A stretch of 64,000 nucleotides of DNA from Akkermansiaceae bacterium (GCA_029242935.1 JAQWSX010000006.1:3319-67318), one strand, 5' to 3'. Shown: positions 1 to 10,010, counted from the stretch's first letter. Made by a program: numbers and translations. Notes: generated from the letters alone by a model not told the origin.

Positions 1-2351
1 TTCTTTTGGATCATATTTAGAATAGGGGTCTTTTGGTTCTCTTTAATGAGCGGGCTTTGCGTGAATATCAAAAGCGTTCTCCAAGCAACCCTGCTTTCCG
101 ACTTACTGCCCTTCGCAGCCGCTTTACGAAGGATCTTCGTAGAAAGAATGAGAGCCGGCTGGTTCACAAAATCATTCAGCTCGAGCTCCACCTCGGCGGG
201 CTTAACACCTTGATCAAGCCATGCCCCAAGGATCTCCACTTGATTCGTTACGGTCTTTCCTTCGAGACGTCCCAGCGCTCGATAAGCAGCGACTCTTTCG
301 TCCCAGAGACGCCTCTTATCCTTGGCGGCACCAGTCAGGATTTTGATTTGCGATTCATCCGGAGTGGGAGTTGCAAGCGCGATGACAAACGGGTCCTGTT
401 TACCCAACCTAAGCTCGGAAACCGGCACCCGATTCAAGCCAAGAATGCCGAGCATTTTAGACTGATCGGTCTTGGTCAGTTGATTAAAGGCGCTCTCAAG
501 TGCTGCTTTGATATTAGCGGTCTCTTCCCAGGCCTCGGGCGCAAAATAAGGACCCCGGTCATCGGGACGGGTTCCCCACCAGGCTTTAAGATCCCACTTG
601 GCTTCACGATGAAAAAGACGGGCAAGAATCTCGATCAGACCCAGTCTTTCACTTCCTTTAGATTGCTGTAAACTCGCTGCAATTCCAGAAACAACCTCTG
701 GTCGATGAAGGCGCATCAAAGCGAGACGGGCTGTCCGCTCATTCGCGTGGGATAGAAGACTTTCCACATCTCCGATCTTCACCAGTGCACCAATAGCCGT
801 GTTTTGAATGCGTGGGTCCTGAGCTTCAGCCACTGCCTTAAGGATTTGCGCGGTCGCATTCTTTCCTGGACTAACAATCCTCATCATGGCCACCACAGCC
901 TGCAGACGGGTTCGGTCATCGTCGGATTGTAGAGCTCCTTCAACTAAACTGAGGCTATCACCAGAAATCCCTCCGCCAAGATCACCAGCAGCACGGGCAA
1001 GATATTGCTGGATCTCCTTCAGATCCTTCCAGTCTTTTGTAAAGATCTGAAGGAATTGATCTGCCGTCAACTCCTCCATCTGAGAGAGTGTGAAAATTGC
1101 GGCGATCCGAGATTCGACGCTCAAGTTTGAATCCTTAATTAGCTCAATGAGTGGCTTTACTGCTGCGGTATCACCTTTGGCCAGAAGCTCACGCTGAACT
1201 TCAAGTCTCCGCACCGCTGAACCACTCTTAAGTTGCGAAACCAATTCAAAGGTCGACATTTTTAGGAGCTTTGGGAATGGCTTAGACTTCAGACCTTTCT
1301 TGGTGAGCTTTTGCACCATCCCAACCTTCTTTCCTTTACCTGCGAACTTGAATCTCCCACCCCGCCAATCACAGACAAAAAGATTACCGGATCCATCGAC
1401 ATCAATATCAATCGCGCGGGTTAAATTCATGTAAACGCTTTCCTTGAGCGAGTAGCTCGCCCCATTTTCGGAAACCTTGTCGTTGTATATCTTTCCAGTG
1501 GTCCAATCGCAGGTCAGAAGAAGTTCATCGTGTCCAGGCTCCGCCAAATAAAGAGCACCCGTTCCACTTCCCCCACCTAGATCAAGGATTGGCCTCACAG
1601 CTTCATCGGTGAAATTCTTGTAAAGCCGAGGGTATCCATGCTCTGAACCATTAGTGAGGTGGTGCACGCGGATGTTCCATCCTTTACCGTCGTTGGTATT
1701 GTCCCGGGTGAAAAGATCGAGTTTCGGACTGATCGCAATGTCGCAAATATTGCGCGTGTGATAGGAGTATATTTCGAGCTCACTCCCATCGGGCCTGACC
1801 CGGGCCACGCCGCCACCTCGCAAAGTCACCACTTTACCATCGGCTCCCTTTGTGGCCTCCATCCCGAAATCACCCACTGCAATGTAAAGCCAACCGTCAA
1901 TCCCCATCCGACACCCATTCGTAGTGTGATCGGAGCCGCGGGGATGCCTTAAACCAAAACCAATATTCTCGAGTAAAACCTTATGCTCGTCAGCCACTCC
2001 ATCACCCGTCGTATCGCGAAAGGAACTCAAAAACGGTGGATGGATTAGATACAGGGTATCCTTCACAAAGTGTCCACCACGCGGGCTATCAACATTGGGA
2101 ACGAAATCAGCGAACTTATCGGCTTTACCATCGCCATTCGTATCGCGGCAGGAAACAATCTTCCCCATATTTTTTTCCTTACCGAGCGAACCATTTTTAT
2201 CGACCGAGACATAAACAGTGCCATCAGCCGCAGCGGTTAAAGCAGTCGGGTAGTCGACATCGAAAGGCTCGGCCCAGTCTGAAAGTTCATACCCATCGGG
2301 CAGAGCAATTGCTGGAGCAGACAGCAGAAGGAAAGCGAGAGACTTTTTCAT
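1..2351 (-). CDS. Secreted dehydrogenase-like beta-propeller / HEAT-repeat protein (PVC-type), partial; the 3' end runs off the window
   Basis: This gene is absent from the ORF track because it has no stop in the window. My own minus-strand translation from the ATG at 2349-2351 gives MKKSLAFLLLSAPAIALPDGYELSDWAEPF...DGTVYVSVDKNG...CRDTNGDGKADKF...DTTGDGVADEH...HTTNGCRMGIDGWLYIAVGDFG. That is a signal peptide followed by sorbosone/glucose-dehydrogenase-like repeats. The frame stays open through helical HEAT-like repeats (RLQAVVAMMRIV, DPRIQNTAIGALVKIGD, ARLALMRLHRPEV) to base 1. The plus-strand ORFs 33-671, 1659-1952 and 2036-2353 are shadows of this gene. Confidence 0.75.
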   Translation of the reverse strand, partial: MKKSLAFLLLSAPAIALPDGYELSDWAEPFDVDYPTALTAAADGTVYVSVDKNGSLGKEKNMGKIVSCRDTNGDGKADKFADFVPNVDSPRGGHFVKDTLYLIHPPFLSSFRDTTGDGVADEHKVLLENIGFGLRHPRGSDHTTNGCRMGIDGWLYIAVGDFGMEATKGADGKVVTLRGGGVARVRPDGSELEIYSYHTRNICDIAISPKLDLFTRDNTNDGKGWNIRVHHLTNGSEHGYPRLYKNFTDEAVRPILDLGGGSGTGALYLAEPGHDELLLTCDWTTGKIYNDKVSENGASYSLKESVYMNLTRAIDIDVDGSGNLFVCDWRGGRFKFAGKGKKVGMVQKLTKKGLKSKPFPKLLKMSTFELVSQLKSGSAVRRLEVQRELLAKGDTAAVKPLIELIKDSNLSVESRIAAIFTLSQMEELTADQFLQIFTKDWKDLKEIQQYLARAAGDLGGGISGDSLSLVEGALQSDDDRTRLQAVVAMMRIVSPGKNATAQILKAVAEAQDPRIQNTAIGALVKIGDVESLLSHANERTARLALMRLHRPEVVSGIAASLQQSKGSERLGLIEILARLFHREAKWDLKAWWGTRPDDRGPYFAPEAWEETANIKAALESAFNQLTKTDQSKMLGILGLNRVPVSELRLGKQDPFVIALATPTPDESQIKILTGAAKDKRRLWDERVAAYRALGRLEGKTVTNQVEILGAWLDQGVKPAEVELELNDFVNQPALILSTKILRKAAAKGSKSESRVAWRTLLIFTQSPLIKENQKTPILNMIQK

Positions 2352-2422
2352 GAGAGTTTATGCGCAGCACCTGCGCGATAGCTAGATTGTTCCTTCCAAT
2401 CGCCTCTTGATCAAATCATTCT

Positions 2423-3322
2423 TTGCTCATGCGCAAAGCCTTCCTCCTCGGAGCCGGACTGGGAACCCGACTCCAACCGCTGACCGGAACCCTTCCGAAG
2501 CCACTCATCCCGTTTGCCAACCGTCCCCTGATCACCCACGCCCTCGACCACTGCCTCCATGCCGGAATCACCGACTTCGCCATCAACACCCACCATCTCC
2601 ATGAGACCTGGCACGAAATCTTTCCAGACGGCAAATACCGAGGCGCAAACCTCACCTTTTTTCATGAACCAGAACTCCTCGAAACTGGCGGCGGAATTAA
2701 AAATATAGCCGATTGGATCAAAAGTGATCCCGTCTTAATTTATAATGGTGACATTATCACCGATCTCCCGATTGACCGGCTCATGACGGGCCATATGGCC
2801 TCCAACAACACCGCAACTTTGGCAGTCCAAGGTCACGGGCCTGATTTGCGTATCACTGTGGAGGGTCACCTCGTGACCGATGTCCGCGGCCTTATTCATC
2901 AACAGCAAGGAACACACCAGTTTACGGGAATTTACGTCATTGACCCCGAGATTCTTGACCTGATCCCGCCGAACGAAAAAATCTCCATCATTCCAGCCTT
3001 CGTAGAACTGATCAAACAAGGCAAACTGGGAGCATACCACGTGAAGAACGAGCCAAGGTGGCTCGACCTAGGAACGCGAGAGACATACCTCGAGGCAAGT
3101 CTCGCCATAACTCCCAAAGTATCAGCGAACGCTCGAATTTCTCCGAGAGCTAATATCCAAAATTCATGGGTCGGCCAAAACGCTATTGTTGAGTCAGGTG
3201 CCATCGTTAAAGACAGCATCCTCTGGCCCGGAACCCATGTTTTACAGGATGCGCAATTGACAAATTGCATCGTTCACACCAATTCCCCAACATCGGGCGT
3301 GCACAACAACGCCGACCTCTAA
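2423..3322 (+). CDS. murU: Sugar-1-phosphate nucleotidyltransferase with a C-terminal hexapeptide-repeat region (MurU-like candidate)
   Basis: It has the N-terminal nucleotidyltransferase signature LLGAGLGTRLQPLTGTLPKPLIPF, plus ETGGGI and YNGDI. The C-terminus has hexapeptide-like repeats (ISPRANIQNSWVGQNAIVESGAIVKDSIL). An AmgK-like kinase gene follows directly. Confidence 0.6.
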   Translation: MLMRKAFLLGAGLGTRLQPLTGTLPKPLIPFANRPLITHALDHCLHAGITDFAINTHHLHETWHEIFPDGKYRGANLTFFHEPELLETGGGIKNIADWIKSDPVLIYNGDIITDLPIDRLMTGHMASNNTATLAVQGHGPDLRITVEGHLVTDVRGLIHQQQGTHQFTGIYVIDPEILDLIPPNEKISIIPAFVELIKQGKLGAYHVKNEPRWLDLGTRETYLEASLAITPKVSANARISPRANIQNSWVGQNAIVESGAIVKDSILWPGTHVLQDAQLTNCIVHTNSPTSGVHNNADL

Positions 3323-3342
3323 AATCTCCCCCCCTACAAAAG

Positions 3343-4284
3343 ATGCCTGCCGACACCCTGCTCACCGCCGTCCGCTCCCACCTAGATCTCGCGCCAACCC
3401 ACCGCGTCCTCATGGAGCCGATCCAAAAAGGAGCTTCTGGGCGGACCATCATTCGAATCAGCCCGGATGATTACCCCAGCTTTATAGGAATTCACTATAC
3501 TCTCGAGCGATCGGATAACGCCAATTTCCTACCCGTTGCTGAGTTCCTCAAAAATGCTGGCCTTAATATTCCGGAAGTCCTTTACGATAATACACGGCGC
3601 CAGGTTGCCCTCATCGAAGATCTAGGCGATCAGGACCTTCTCAGCCTCAAGGATGCTCCTTTCGAGGACCGTGAACCCTACTACCGCTCCGCTTTCGAGC
3701 AACTCGACAAGCTTCTCTACACTCGCCCACCCAAGGACTTCGATCTTCAACCCACTTTCGACGAGCCTCTCTACCGTTGGGAGCAGGAATATTTCTTTGA
3801 GCACTTTGTCGGAACCCACCTCGGCAAGGATTCGTCCCCGCTGACTGAAGATGCGATCCTCCAAGGTCTTGCCAAACGACTCGGCGCTACAGCGCCTCAC
3901 ATGGTGCATCGCGATTTCCAATCGCAAAACCTCATGCTGAATAGCAAAACCACCTACCTAATCGATTTTCAGGGGCTGCGTATGGGACGTCAGGAGTACG
4001 ACCTCGCCTCCCTGCTTTACGATCCTTACATGAATCACTCGGCCGAAGATCGTCGAAAACTACTCGATCTCTGGGAAGAAGTTTGCGAGGAAGAGCCTAT
4101 CGAACCTATTCTTAAAGATTGCGCAGCCCAGAGACTAATGCAGGTACTAGGAGCCTTTTCCAACATCGGCCATAACCAGAATGACGAATGGTATCTTGCT
4201 CAAATTCCTACTGCCATTGCCTTCCTTAAGGAGGTTATCGACGACACCCCGCTCGAAGACGCGCTTGGTCCTTTCCTCGACTAG
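3343..4284 (+). CDS. amgK: Aminoglycoside-phosphotransferase-fold sugar kinase (AmgK-like anomeric MurNAc/GlcNAc kinase candidate)
   Basis: It lies in the frame of ORF 3265-4284. I moved the start to ATG 3343, just after the upstream stop at 3320-3322. It has the kinase catalytic-loop motif HRDFQSQNLML and IDFQG. Its position next to the nucleotidyltransferase matches the AmgK-MurU arrangement. Confidence 0.6.
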   Translation: MPADTLLTAVRSHLDLAPTHRVLMEPIQKGASGRTIIRISPDDYPSFIGIHYTLERSDNANFLPVAEFLKNAGLNIPEVLYDNTRRQVALIEDLGDQDLLSLKDAPFEDREPYYRSAFEQLDKLLYTRPPKDFDLQPTFDEPLYRWEQEYFFEHFVGTHLGKDSSPLTEDAILQGLAKRLGATAPHMVHRDFQSQNLMLNSKTTYLIDFQGLRMGRQEYDLASLLYDPYMNHSAEDRRKLLDLWEEVCEEEPIEPILKDCAAQRLMQVLGAFSNIGHNQNDEWYLAQIPTAIAFLKEVIDDTPLEDALGPFLD

Positions 4285-4317
4285 CCACCGCAATCCTGCT
4301 AGAACTTCGCCGTAGCC

Positions 4318-5508
4318 ATGCCATCTCTACGGCCTTCTCTCTCATTCCTTCTACCACTTATCGCGGGCGGAGGCTTACTGACCAAGTTACCGGAAATCAT
4401 CCCTCTGGTTCACTTTGAGCTGGCCTCTTTTCTCTTTCCCGAGCGCTTCCAAAAAGATCATTGTTTTGTTGACCAATCTGAGTCCAATAAATTCAAACTC
4501 ACTAGTTTAGATTTCACACCCGACCCTGAAGCTAACCTCAACATTAAGAGCTACAAACTCGATAAGGAATCTCTTAATATTATGGGGGCCGACGGAGGAA
4601 GCGCCATCGAATGGGCACAATTTCTCGCACAAACGCGGCTCGACGATGACCGCCTTACCGTCATTACCTCATCCCTTTCTTGGGACGATGCCACCGAGCT
4701 GGCTATCCTTGCGCTGCAAGGACAAGTTGACAACACTCCCTCTTTGGTAATTGGACTTCAGGCTGAATTCATCAACTCCGAAGCACCGCTTCCTGAATAC
4801 CTCAAATTGTCTGTTATCCCACTCGAAACCCCCGACGGATTCGATCTTCCCAAAATCGACCACATCCGGCGCCCACCTTCGATCAACTCAAATTCCTTTG
4901 GAATTTCCGAAATTAGAGGTCTGAAATTGGAATCTGCTGAAGATCAAACACTGATTCCAATGCTCGTTCGCTGGGACTCTCACATTCTACCGACTCTACC
5001 TCTTGCCAGTATTCTGAAATCTCACCGCCTGACCTCTGCAGATCTCATTTTAGAAGAAGGCGGCTACCTCCGCCTAGGAGCTCAAGGCATCATTTTGAAA
5101 TTAGACCAAAAAGGGCAAGCCGCACTTCCCACGACCGGGCGAGAGCAACAATCCGCTTCAATTCTTCAAATCTACCCTGAACAAGCCGAGACCTATAAAA
5201 TTATCTCGCCTTCCAGCGCCCCCAAATCAACCCACAGCCTAGAGGCTCAAATTAAGCAGGCCCTCTCCCAGAAGCCCGTCCAAAAACGCACTTACAAACG
5301 CTGGCCGTTACCCTTCGAAGTCGGCCTGCTTTTAGCTTTTGTTTTGCTTCTCCAGCTTCGCAAGACATGGATCGAACCTTTCATGCTCATTTGCATGATC
5401 GGCGGATCAGTTCTAGCAGGGAAATGGATGCTCCTCTCGCCCCTCGTATTAATGATCATCACCTTCCACTTCTGCCCGAGAAGCGCCTCCCCCCATCAGA
5501 AACGCTGA
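4318..5508 (+). CDS. Hypothetical membrane protein with an N-terminal TM, an extracytoplasmic domain of about 320 aa and C-terminal TM helices (CHASE2-like topology, no output domain)
   Basis: It is a long clean ORF. Hydrophobic segments are LSFLLPLIAGGGLL at the N-terminus and VGLLLAFVLLLQL and FMLICMIGGSVLAGKWMLLSPLVLMIITF at the C-terminus. I found no recognisable catalytic motifs. Confidence 0.55.
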   Translation: MPSLRPSLSFLLPLIAGGGLLTKLPEIIPLVHFELASFLFPERFQKDHCFVDQSESNKFKLTSLDFTPDPEANLNIKSYKLDKESLNIMGADGGSAIEWAQFLAQTRLDDDRLTVITSSLSWDDATELAILALQGQVDNTPSLVIGLQAEFINSEAPLPEYLKLSVIPLETPDGFDLPKIDHIRRPPSINSNSFGISEIRGLKLESAEDQTLIPMLVRWDSHILPTLPLASILKSHRLTSADLILEEGGYLRLGAQGIILKLDQKGQAALPTTGREQQSASILQIYPEQAETYKIISPSSAPKSTHSLEAQIKQALSQKPVQKRTYKRWPLPFEVGLLLAFVLLLQLRKTWIEPFMLICMIGGSVLAGKWMLLSPLVLMIITFHFCPRSASPHQKR

Positions 5509-5559
5509 AGATCTTCCTTTCCTCTTCCCCCTCAACCGCGAAAACGTTAGTTCTTTGTC

Positions 5560-6264
5560 ATGCGTGATGACGTGAAGCAATTGCTCGCCCTTCAGAACAC
5601 CGATCAAAAAATCCAAACCTTGGAAGCGGAACTCGTTCGAATCCCCCAACTGCAGGACGCCGCCAAGGAGCGCCTCGCCAATGACACTCAATCCCTAGCC
5701 GCCGCGAAGTCCAATTTTCAGGCCAACGAGATTAAAATTAAGAATGTCGAACTCGATATCGGCACTCGAAAAAACACGATTGATCGTCTCAAGAACCAAC
5801 AATTTGAGACCAAGAAAAATGACGAATACACCAAGCTAGGCGAAGAGGTGGTTCGCTACGAAAACGAGGTCGACGAGCTAGAAACTCGTGAGCTCGAACT
5901 TATGGAGACGGCGGATGATCTCCGATCGAAGATCTCCGACGCAGAGGCAAATCTCGCCAAGACCCAAGGGTTGGTGGATGAAGAAATCGCCGAACTTCAA
6001 GCGCGCCTTGATGACCGAAAAGCTGAGTTAGCCGAAACTAAAAACACCCGTGAAAGCCTAGTCACTCAAGTCGATGACGAAGATCTTCTCGACACCTATC
6101 ATCGGCTTTACAACAAAAGAGAAAGTCAGGCTGTTGTTCGAGTAACCACCGAACGGAGCTGCACCTCCTGCCACGTTCAAGTCACACCTGCAACGTATGC
6201 TCTCGCGCAGTCCGGAGCCGCCATTGCCTACTGCGATAACTGCAGCGCCATTCTTTTCCCTTAA
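5560..6264 (+). CDS. Coiled-coil protein with a C-terminal C4 zinc ribbon (COG1579/DUF164-like)
   Basis: It has a long heptad-rich region (LLALQNTDQKIQTLEAEL...). The C-terminus carries CTSCHVQV...YCDNCSAILF, a CxxC...CxxC pair. Confidence 0.7.
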   Translation: MRDDVKQLLALQNTDQKIQTLEAELVRIPQLQDAAKERLANDTQSLAAAKSNFQANEIKIKNVELDIGTRKNTIDRLKNQQFETKKNDEYTKLGEEVVRYENEVDELETRELELMETADDLRSKISDAEANLAKTQGLVDEEIAELQARLDDRKAELAETKNTRESLVTQVDDEDLLDTYHRLYNKRESQAVVRVTTERSCTSCHVQVTPATYALAQSGAAIAYCDNCSAILFP

Positions 6265-6320
6265 CTCTCACCGGCTCCTTAAGTCGATGTTGGAATAGGG
6301 CTTTCACCGGACTGCTCTCC

Positions 6321-8072
6321 TCAACTTTGGCGTTCCGTCACCTTAGGCTTCTTAAAAAGAAAACCTGCAATCATCCAGAGGAAACCCGCGAACAAACCGC
6401 TTACCGCGAACCAATCGCCAAAGGCTGCATACAAGGTAATCTCACCTTCCGCAGGAATATAGACGGTGGCTAGTAAATACCCGCGGTGAAAATAGCTCCC
6501 GTCCTCATTCACAAGGTGGCGCGTCTTCTTCGAATAGGGATCGACCAGCGATCCAGCTACCGTCACCACCCCAGTAACACCACGGTTGGCACATCGCACC
6601 GTCGGCCGACGTAACTCGATGCTGCGAAACAGAGCGTTTCTGAAATGTTGCACAGATCCCTCGCTTTCCTGAAACCATCCGTCGTTCGTCACATTCACCA
6701 AAAGTTGGGGCTCATTCCGCACAAACTTCCGCGTCAATCGCGGCACGGTATCTTCAAAGCAAACCGAAGGAATTATGCCAATCGGCTGTCCATCGATTTC
6801 CGCCTTCAGCGGTTCAAAAATAGCTCCACGACTCAATCCTTTTCCAAATTTCACGCCAGTTGTGTGAAAATATAGGTCATGCAAAAACGGCAAATCCGGG
6901 ATAAATTCACCAAGGATTACCAGATGGTTTTTCTGGTAACTCTGTCTTCCCCCTTTGCCGTCATCCATAATCAGGGAGTTGTAAACATCCACATCTGGAT
7001 CAACCACAGTTTCACCACGCACCTCGTTCAACCCCAATACAAAGGTGAAATCTCCCAAGCTGTGAATAGATTCAAAAACACTCTCAACTTTTGGCCCTCC
7101 CCGCATTGATCCATTCTCCTGTTCGGAAAGGAAGGCGGGCAGGCACGCCTCCGGCCAGATAACAAGATCGGGCATTCTAATTCCCACGATTTCATCTTCT
7201 GACTCCGTTTTTTGCGCAGCTTCAGCAGCTTGGCGGAAAACCTCTTCAATACCCTCTGCCGTCAACTCCTGAAAACCTTCCTCAATTTTCGAGGGTTCCC
7301 AAAGAATCTTGTCGGCAAACTGCGGAATATCCTGCTGCACCATCAAAACTCTTCCTTTAATCTTCGACGCATTCGTCACCGATGAAAGCCGGATTGTTCC
7401 CGAAGTGAACGCCAACATGATCAATAGCAGTGCGGTCGCGAAATCCCAATGAAGAATCTTCACCTCATTTTCCTGAAACTGCTGATAAAATCGCCGCGCC
7501 GTCTGCACAACTACCGCGCTTAAAAAGACCGGCAAAAACGAAAGTCCAATCACACCAACATATTCAGCATTCTGCGCCAAAATCAGATTTTTGGCAAACG
7601 TCACACCGAGGCCATTCCAGCCAAATCCCGTCATGAGCCAACCACGCACCCACTCTAGTCCACACCAAAACCCCGCCAGCAAAGCCGCATAACCAAGACT
7701 ACGGAAACTTTGCTGCGCCCGATCACGGATCGTCTTGGCCCTCTCATATTTCACCAGCCAAGGATTGGCCAAACTTGCCGCAAAAGCCCCAAAGAAGCCG
7801 AAGTAAACGGAAAGATAAGCGGACAAAGCCACAGCTCCAGGCCAGGTCACAGTGCCGAGCCACTTAAGATTGATCACCCAGAATCCCATGCCGGCTAACC
7901 AAGCCAATCCAAATCCTTTAAGACAACGCCACTTACCTGAAACCGTCCAAAATAACGGAAGCAACAGCCACATCCAGCCCCAGACGAGCCACGCCACATC
8001 GAATGGCGCAAAGCTCAAAGCAAGGGCAACCCCACTTAAAACCGCAGCCGAAATTTTCACAGAGCGAACCAT
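6321..8072 (-). CDS. lnt: Apolipoprotein N-acyltransferase
   Basis: It has a multi-TM N-terminal half followed by a CN-hydrolase domain. Motifs include VIWPE, PSVCFEDT (catalytic Cys) and TNDGWF. Confidence 0.9.
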   Translation of the reverse strand: MVRSVKISAAVLSGVALALSFAPFDVAWLVWGWMWLLLPLFWTVSGKWRCLKGFGLAWLAGMGFWVINLKWLGTVTWPGAVALSAYLSVYFGFFGAFAASLANPWLVKYERAKTIRDRAQQSFRSLGYAALLAGFWCGLEWVRGWLMTGFGWNGLGVTFAKNLILAQNAEYVGVIGLSFLPVFLSAVVVQTARRFYQQFQENEVKILHWDFATALLLIMLAFTSGTIRLSSVTNASKIKGRVLMVQQDIPQFADKILWEPSKIEEGFQELTAEGIEEVFRQAAEAAQKTESEDEIVGIRMPDLVIWPEACLPAFLSEQENGSMRGGPKVESVFESIHSLGDFTFVLGLNEVRGETVVDPDVDVYNSLIMDDGKGGRQSYQKNHLVILGEFIPDLPFLHDLYFHTTGVKFGKGLSRGAIFEPLKAEIDGQPIGIIPSVCFEDTVPRLTRKFVRNEPQLLVNVTNDGWFQESEGSVQHFRNALFRSIELRRPTVRCANRGVTGVVTVAGSLVDPYSKKTRHLVNEDGSYFHRGYLLATVYIPAEGEITLYAAFGDWFAVSGLFAGFLWMIAGFLFKKPKVTERQS

Positions 8073-9979
8073 TATCCCATACGCTTGTAGGCATCTCTCT
8101 CCAAAGCCCCCCAGAGTTCATCCAATGACTTCTCAACTTCATCTCTATCCTCACCTTTCCCAAAGAGGTAGTATTTGATTTTCGGTTCGGTTCCGGAAGG
8201 ACGGACCGCGAATCGACGCCCATCCGCCAAATCTACAAAAAGCATCGAGGCCTCGGGAAGCTCATCTCCCTCCTGATCGTAGAATCCGCCTCTGGCGTAA
8301 TCCCGCACCGCAATCGCGTCCGATCCATCAACTTCCGCCGGAGGATTCAAACTGTAAGATTTCACCAAGGCGGCAATCTTCCGGGCCCCCTCGCCACCCT
8401 CCATCACGAGCGATTTGCCCTGCTCAAGATGAACCCCATATTCACCCCAGATCCGATCACGAAGCCCAGCAATTGTAGTGCCCTCGCTCATCGCGCAGGC
8501 AGCCAACTCTGCAAACATCACCGCAGAGGCATTCCCGTCTTTATCCCGGACGAAATCACTTCCGAGATAGCCATAACTCTCCTCTCCACCAAAGACGAAA
8601 AACTTTGAATACTCCAATCGAAGCTTTCGGCTCTCTTCTTCGGTCAGGCTTCGGTAATCGCCCTTTTTTTTAGCCGGAATCGCGTCCTCATACTTCTTAA
8701 GTTTTTCCCCAATATACTTAAATCCGGTCAGGGTGTCTATTACGTTAATTCCGTATTTTTCAGCGATAGAGCGCTGTAATTCAGTGGTTACTAAGGTTTT
8801 AACAAGCACGGCTCGACTTCGATTACTTTCAGTGAGCCAACCGAGATCGAACATCGTTTTGATGCGATACCAACCTAACAAGGAACCGATCTGATTTCCT
8901 GTTAATAACTCCATTTTTCCCGCACCATTTCGTATCGCAACTCCCATACGGTCACAATCCGGATCAGTCGCGATGACCGCGTCCGCACCCACCTCCTCGG
9001 CCAGCGCAATTCCCTTCGCGAGCGCCGAAGCATTCTCAGGATTCGGCGATTCGACCGTCGGAAACCTTCCATCTCCCCCGTCCTGCTCAGGCACCGTGAC
9101 GACCTCAAATCCAAGCTCGCGGAGCATTGGCACTATAATGACCCCCCCTGTTCCATGGAGGTTGGTGTATACGACTTTGGCCTTCCCGGCCTCGAGCAAA
9201 TCCGGACGCAAGAGAACCGTCTTCAACTTGTCCATATAGGTTCGATCCATCTCAGCACCAAGAATTGTCAATTCGCCTTTCTCATCCTCAGGAAGCGCCT
9301 CGTAATTTTCACTCTCTAATGCGTTCACCTCATTGATTACCCCAGTCGCATGAGGTTCAACCAGTTGCCCACCGTCATCAATATAAGCTTTGAAGCCGTT
9401 ATCATGTGATGGATTGTGACTCGCCGTGAGGCAGACACCCGAATCCGCCCGGAGGTGGCGAACTGCGAAGGAAATCTCAGGGGTGGCCCGCTCCGCCTCG
9501 AAAAGATAGGCATCACAACCCAAATCAATTGTAACTTTAGCACAGGTTTCCGCAAAATCGCGCGAGAAATGGCGAGTATCGTGACCGATCACGAGTGACG
9601 GACGCCCTTCACCCGCAAAACCCTTCTTCACGTATCTCACTAGCCCAATCATAGCGCGTTTGAGATTGAAAAAGTTCATCGAAGCCGTCCCGACGCAAGG
9701 ATACTCAGGTCGATTAAGCGGCCCGCCCGCTCCCTGCTCGGCCTGGGTCACGATCTTCCCAATCGTCCGACCACGCAGACCACCAGTCCCGAAGGCCATC
9801 GTTTTAAAGAATCGATCATCGATCTCCTGCCATTCACCCGCTTCGAGCAATTCGATGATGGCAGCTGCGCCCACCGGAGAGTGAGTGCCCTGAAGATAGA
9901 GCTCAATATTTGCACCAGCCTCCACAGAGACATCGCCACGGTGCACAGCATCATCAAGAAGGGATTTCCATTCGCTCAT
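8072..9979 (-). CDS. Phospho-sugar mutase (phosphoglucomutase/phosphomannomutase family)
   Basis: It has the phosphoserine loop TASHNPSHDNGFK, the Mg loop TDPDCDRMG and the sugar loop GGEESYG. I moved the start to ATG 9977-9979 (MSEWKSLL...). The track start at 10018 would overlap the divergent gene. Confidence 0.88.
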   Translation of the reverse strand: MSEWKSLLDDAVHRGDVSVEAGANIELYLQGTHSPVGAAAIIELLEAGEWQEIDDRFFKTMAFGTGGLRGRTIGKIVTQAEQGAGGPLNRPEYPCVGTASMNFFNLKRAMIGLVRYVKKGFAGEGRPSLVIGHDTRHFSRDFAETCAKVTIDLGCDAYLFEAERATPEISFAVRHLRADSGVCLTASHNPSHDNGFKAYIDDGGQLVEPHATGVINEVNALESENYEALPEDEKGELTILGAEMDRTYMDKLKTVLLRPDLLEAGKAKVVYTNLHGTGGVIIVPMLRELGFEVVTVPEQDGGDGRFPTVESPNPENASALAKGIALAEEVGADAVIATDPDCDRMGVAIRNGAGKMELLTGNQIGSLLGWYRIKTMFDLGWLTESNRSRAVLVKTLVTTELQRSIAEKYGINVIDTLTGFKYIGEKLKKYEDAIPAKKKGDYRSLTEEESRKLRLEYSKFFVFGGEESYGYLGSDFVRDKDGNASAVMFAELAACAMSEGTTIAGLRDRIWGEYGVHLEQGKSLVMEGGEGARKIAALVKSYSLNPPAEVDGSDAIAVRDYARGGFYDQEGDELPEASMLFVDLADGRRFAVRPSGTEPKIKYYLFGKGEDRDEVEKSLDELWGALERDAYKRMG

Positions 9980-10010
9980 TTCTCTAGCGATGCTAGAACG
10001 GCCACGCGCA

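Noticed and set aside
33-2353. Plus-strand track ORFs 33-671, 1659-1952 and 2036-2353, and minus-strand ORF 1595-1816
   Set aside because: All lie inside a continuous minus-strand reading frame (1-2351) with a signal peptide and recognisable dehydrogenase and HEAT motifs. Their translations are low-complexity shadow products.
2407-2665. Small ORFs overlapping the 5' end of the nucleotidyltransferase gene
   Set aside because: They are out-of-frame or antisense shadows of a gene with a clear GxGTRL motif. The peptides are Pro/Arg-rich with no motifs.
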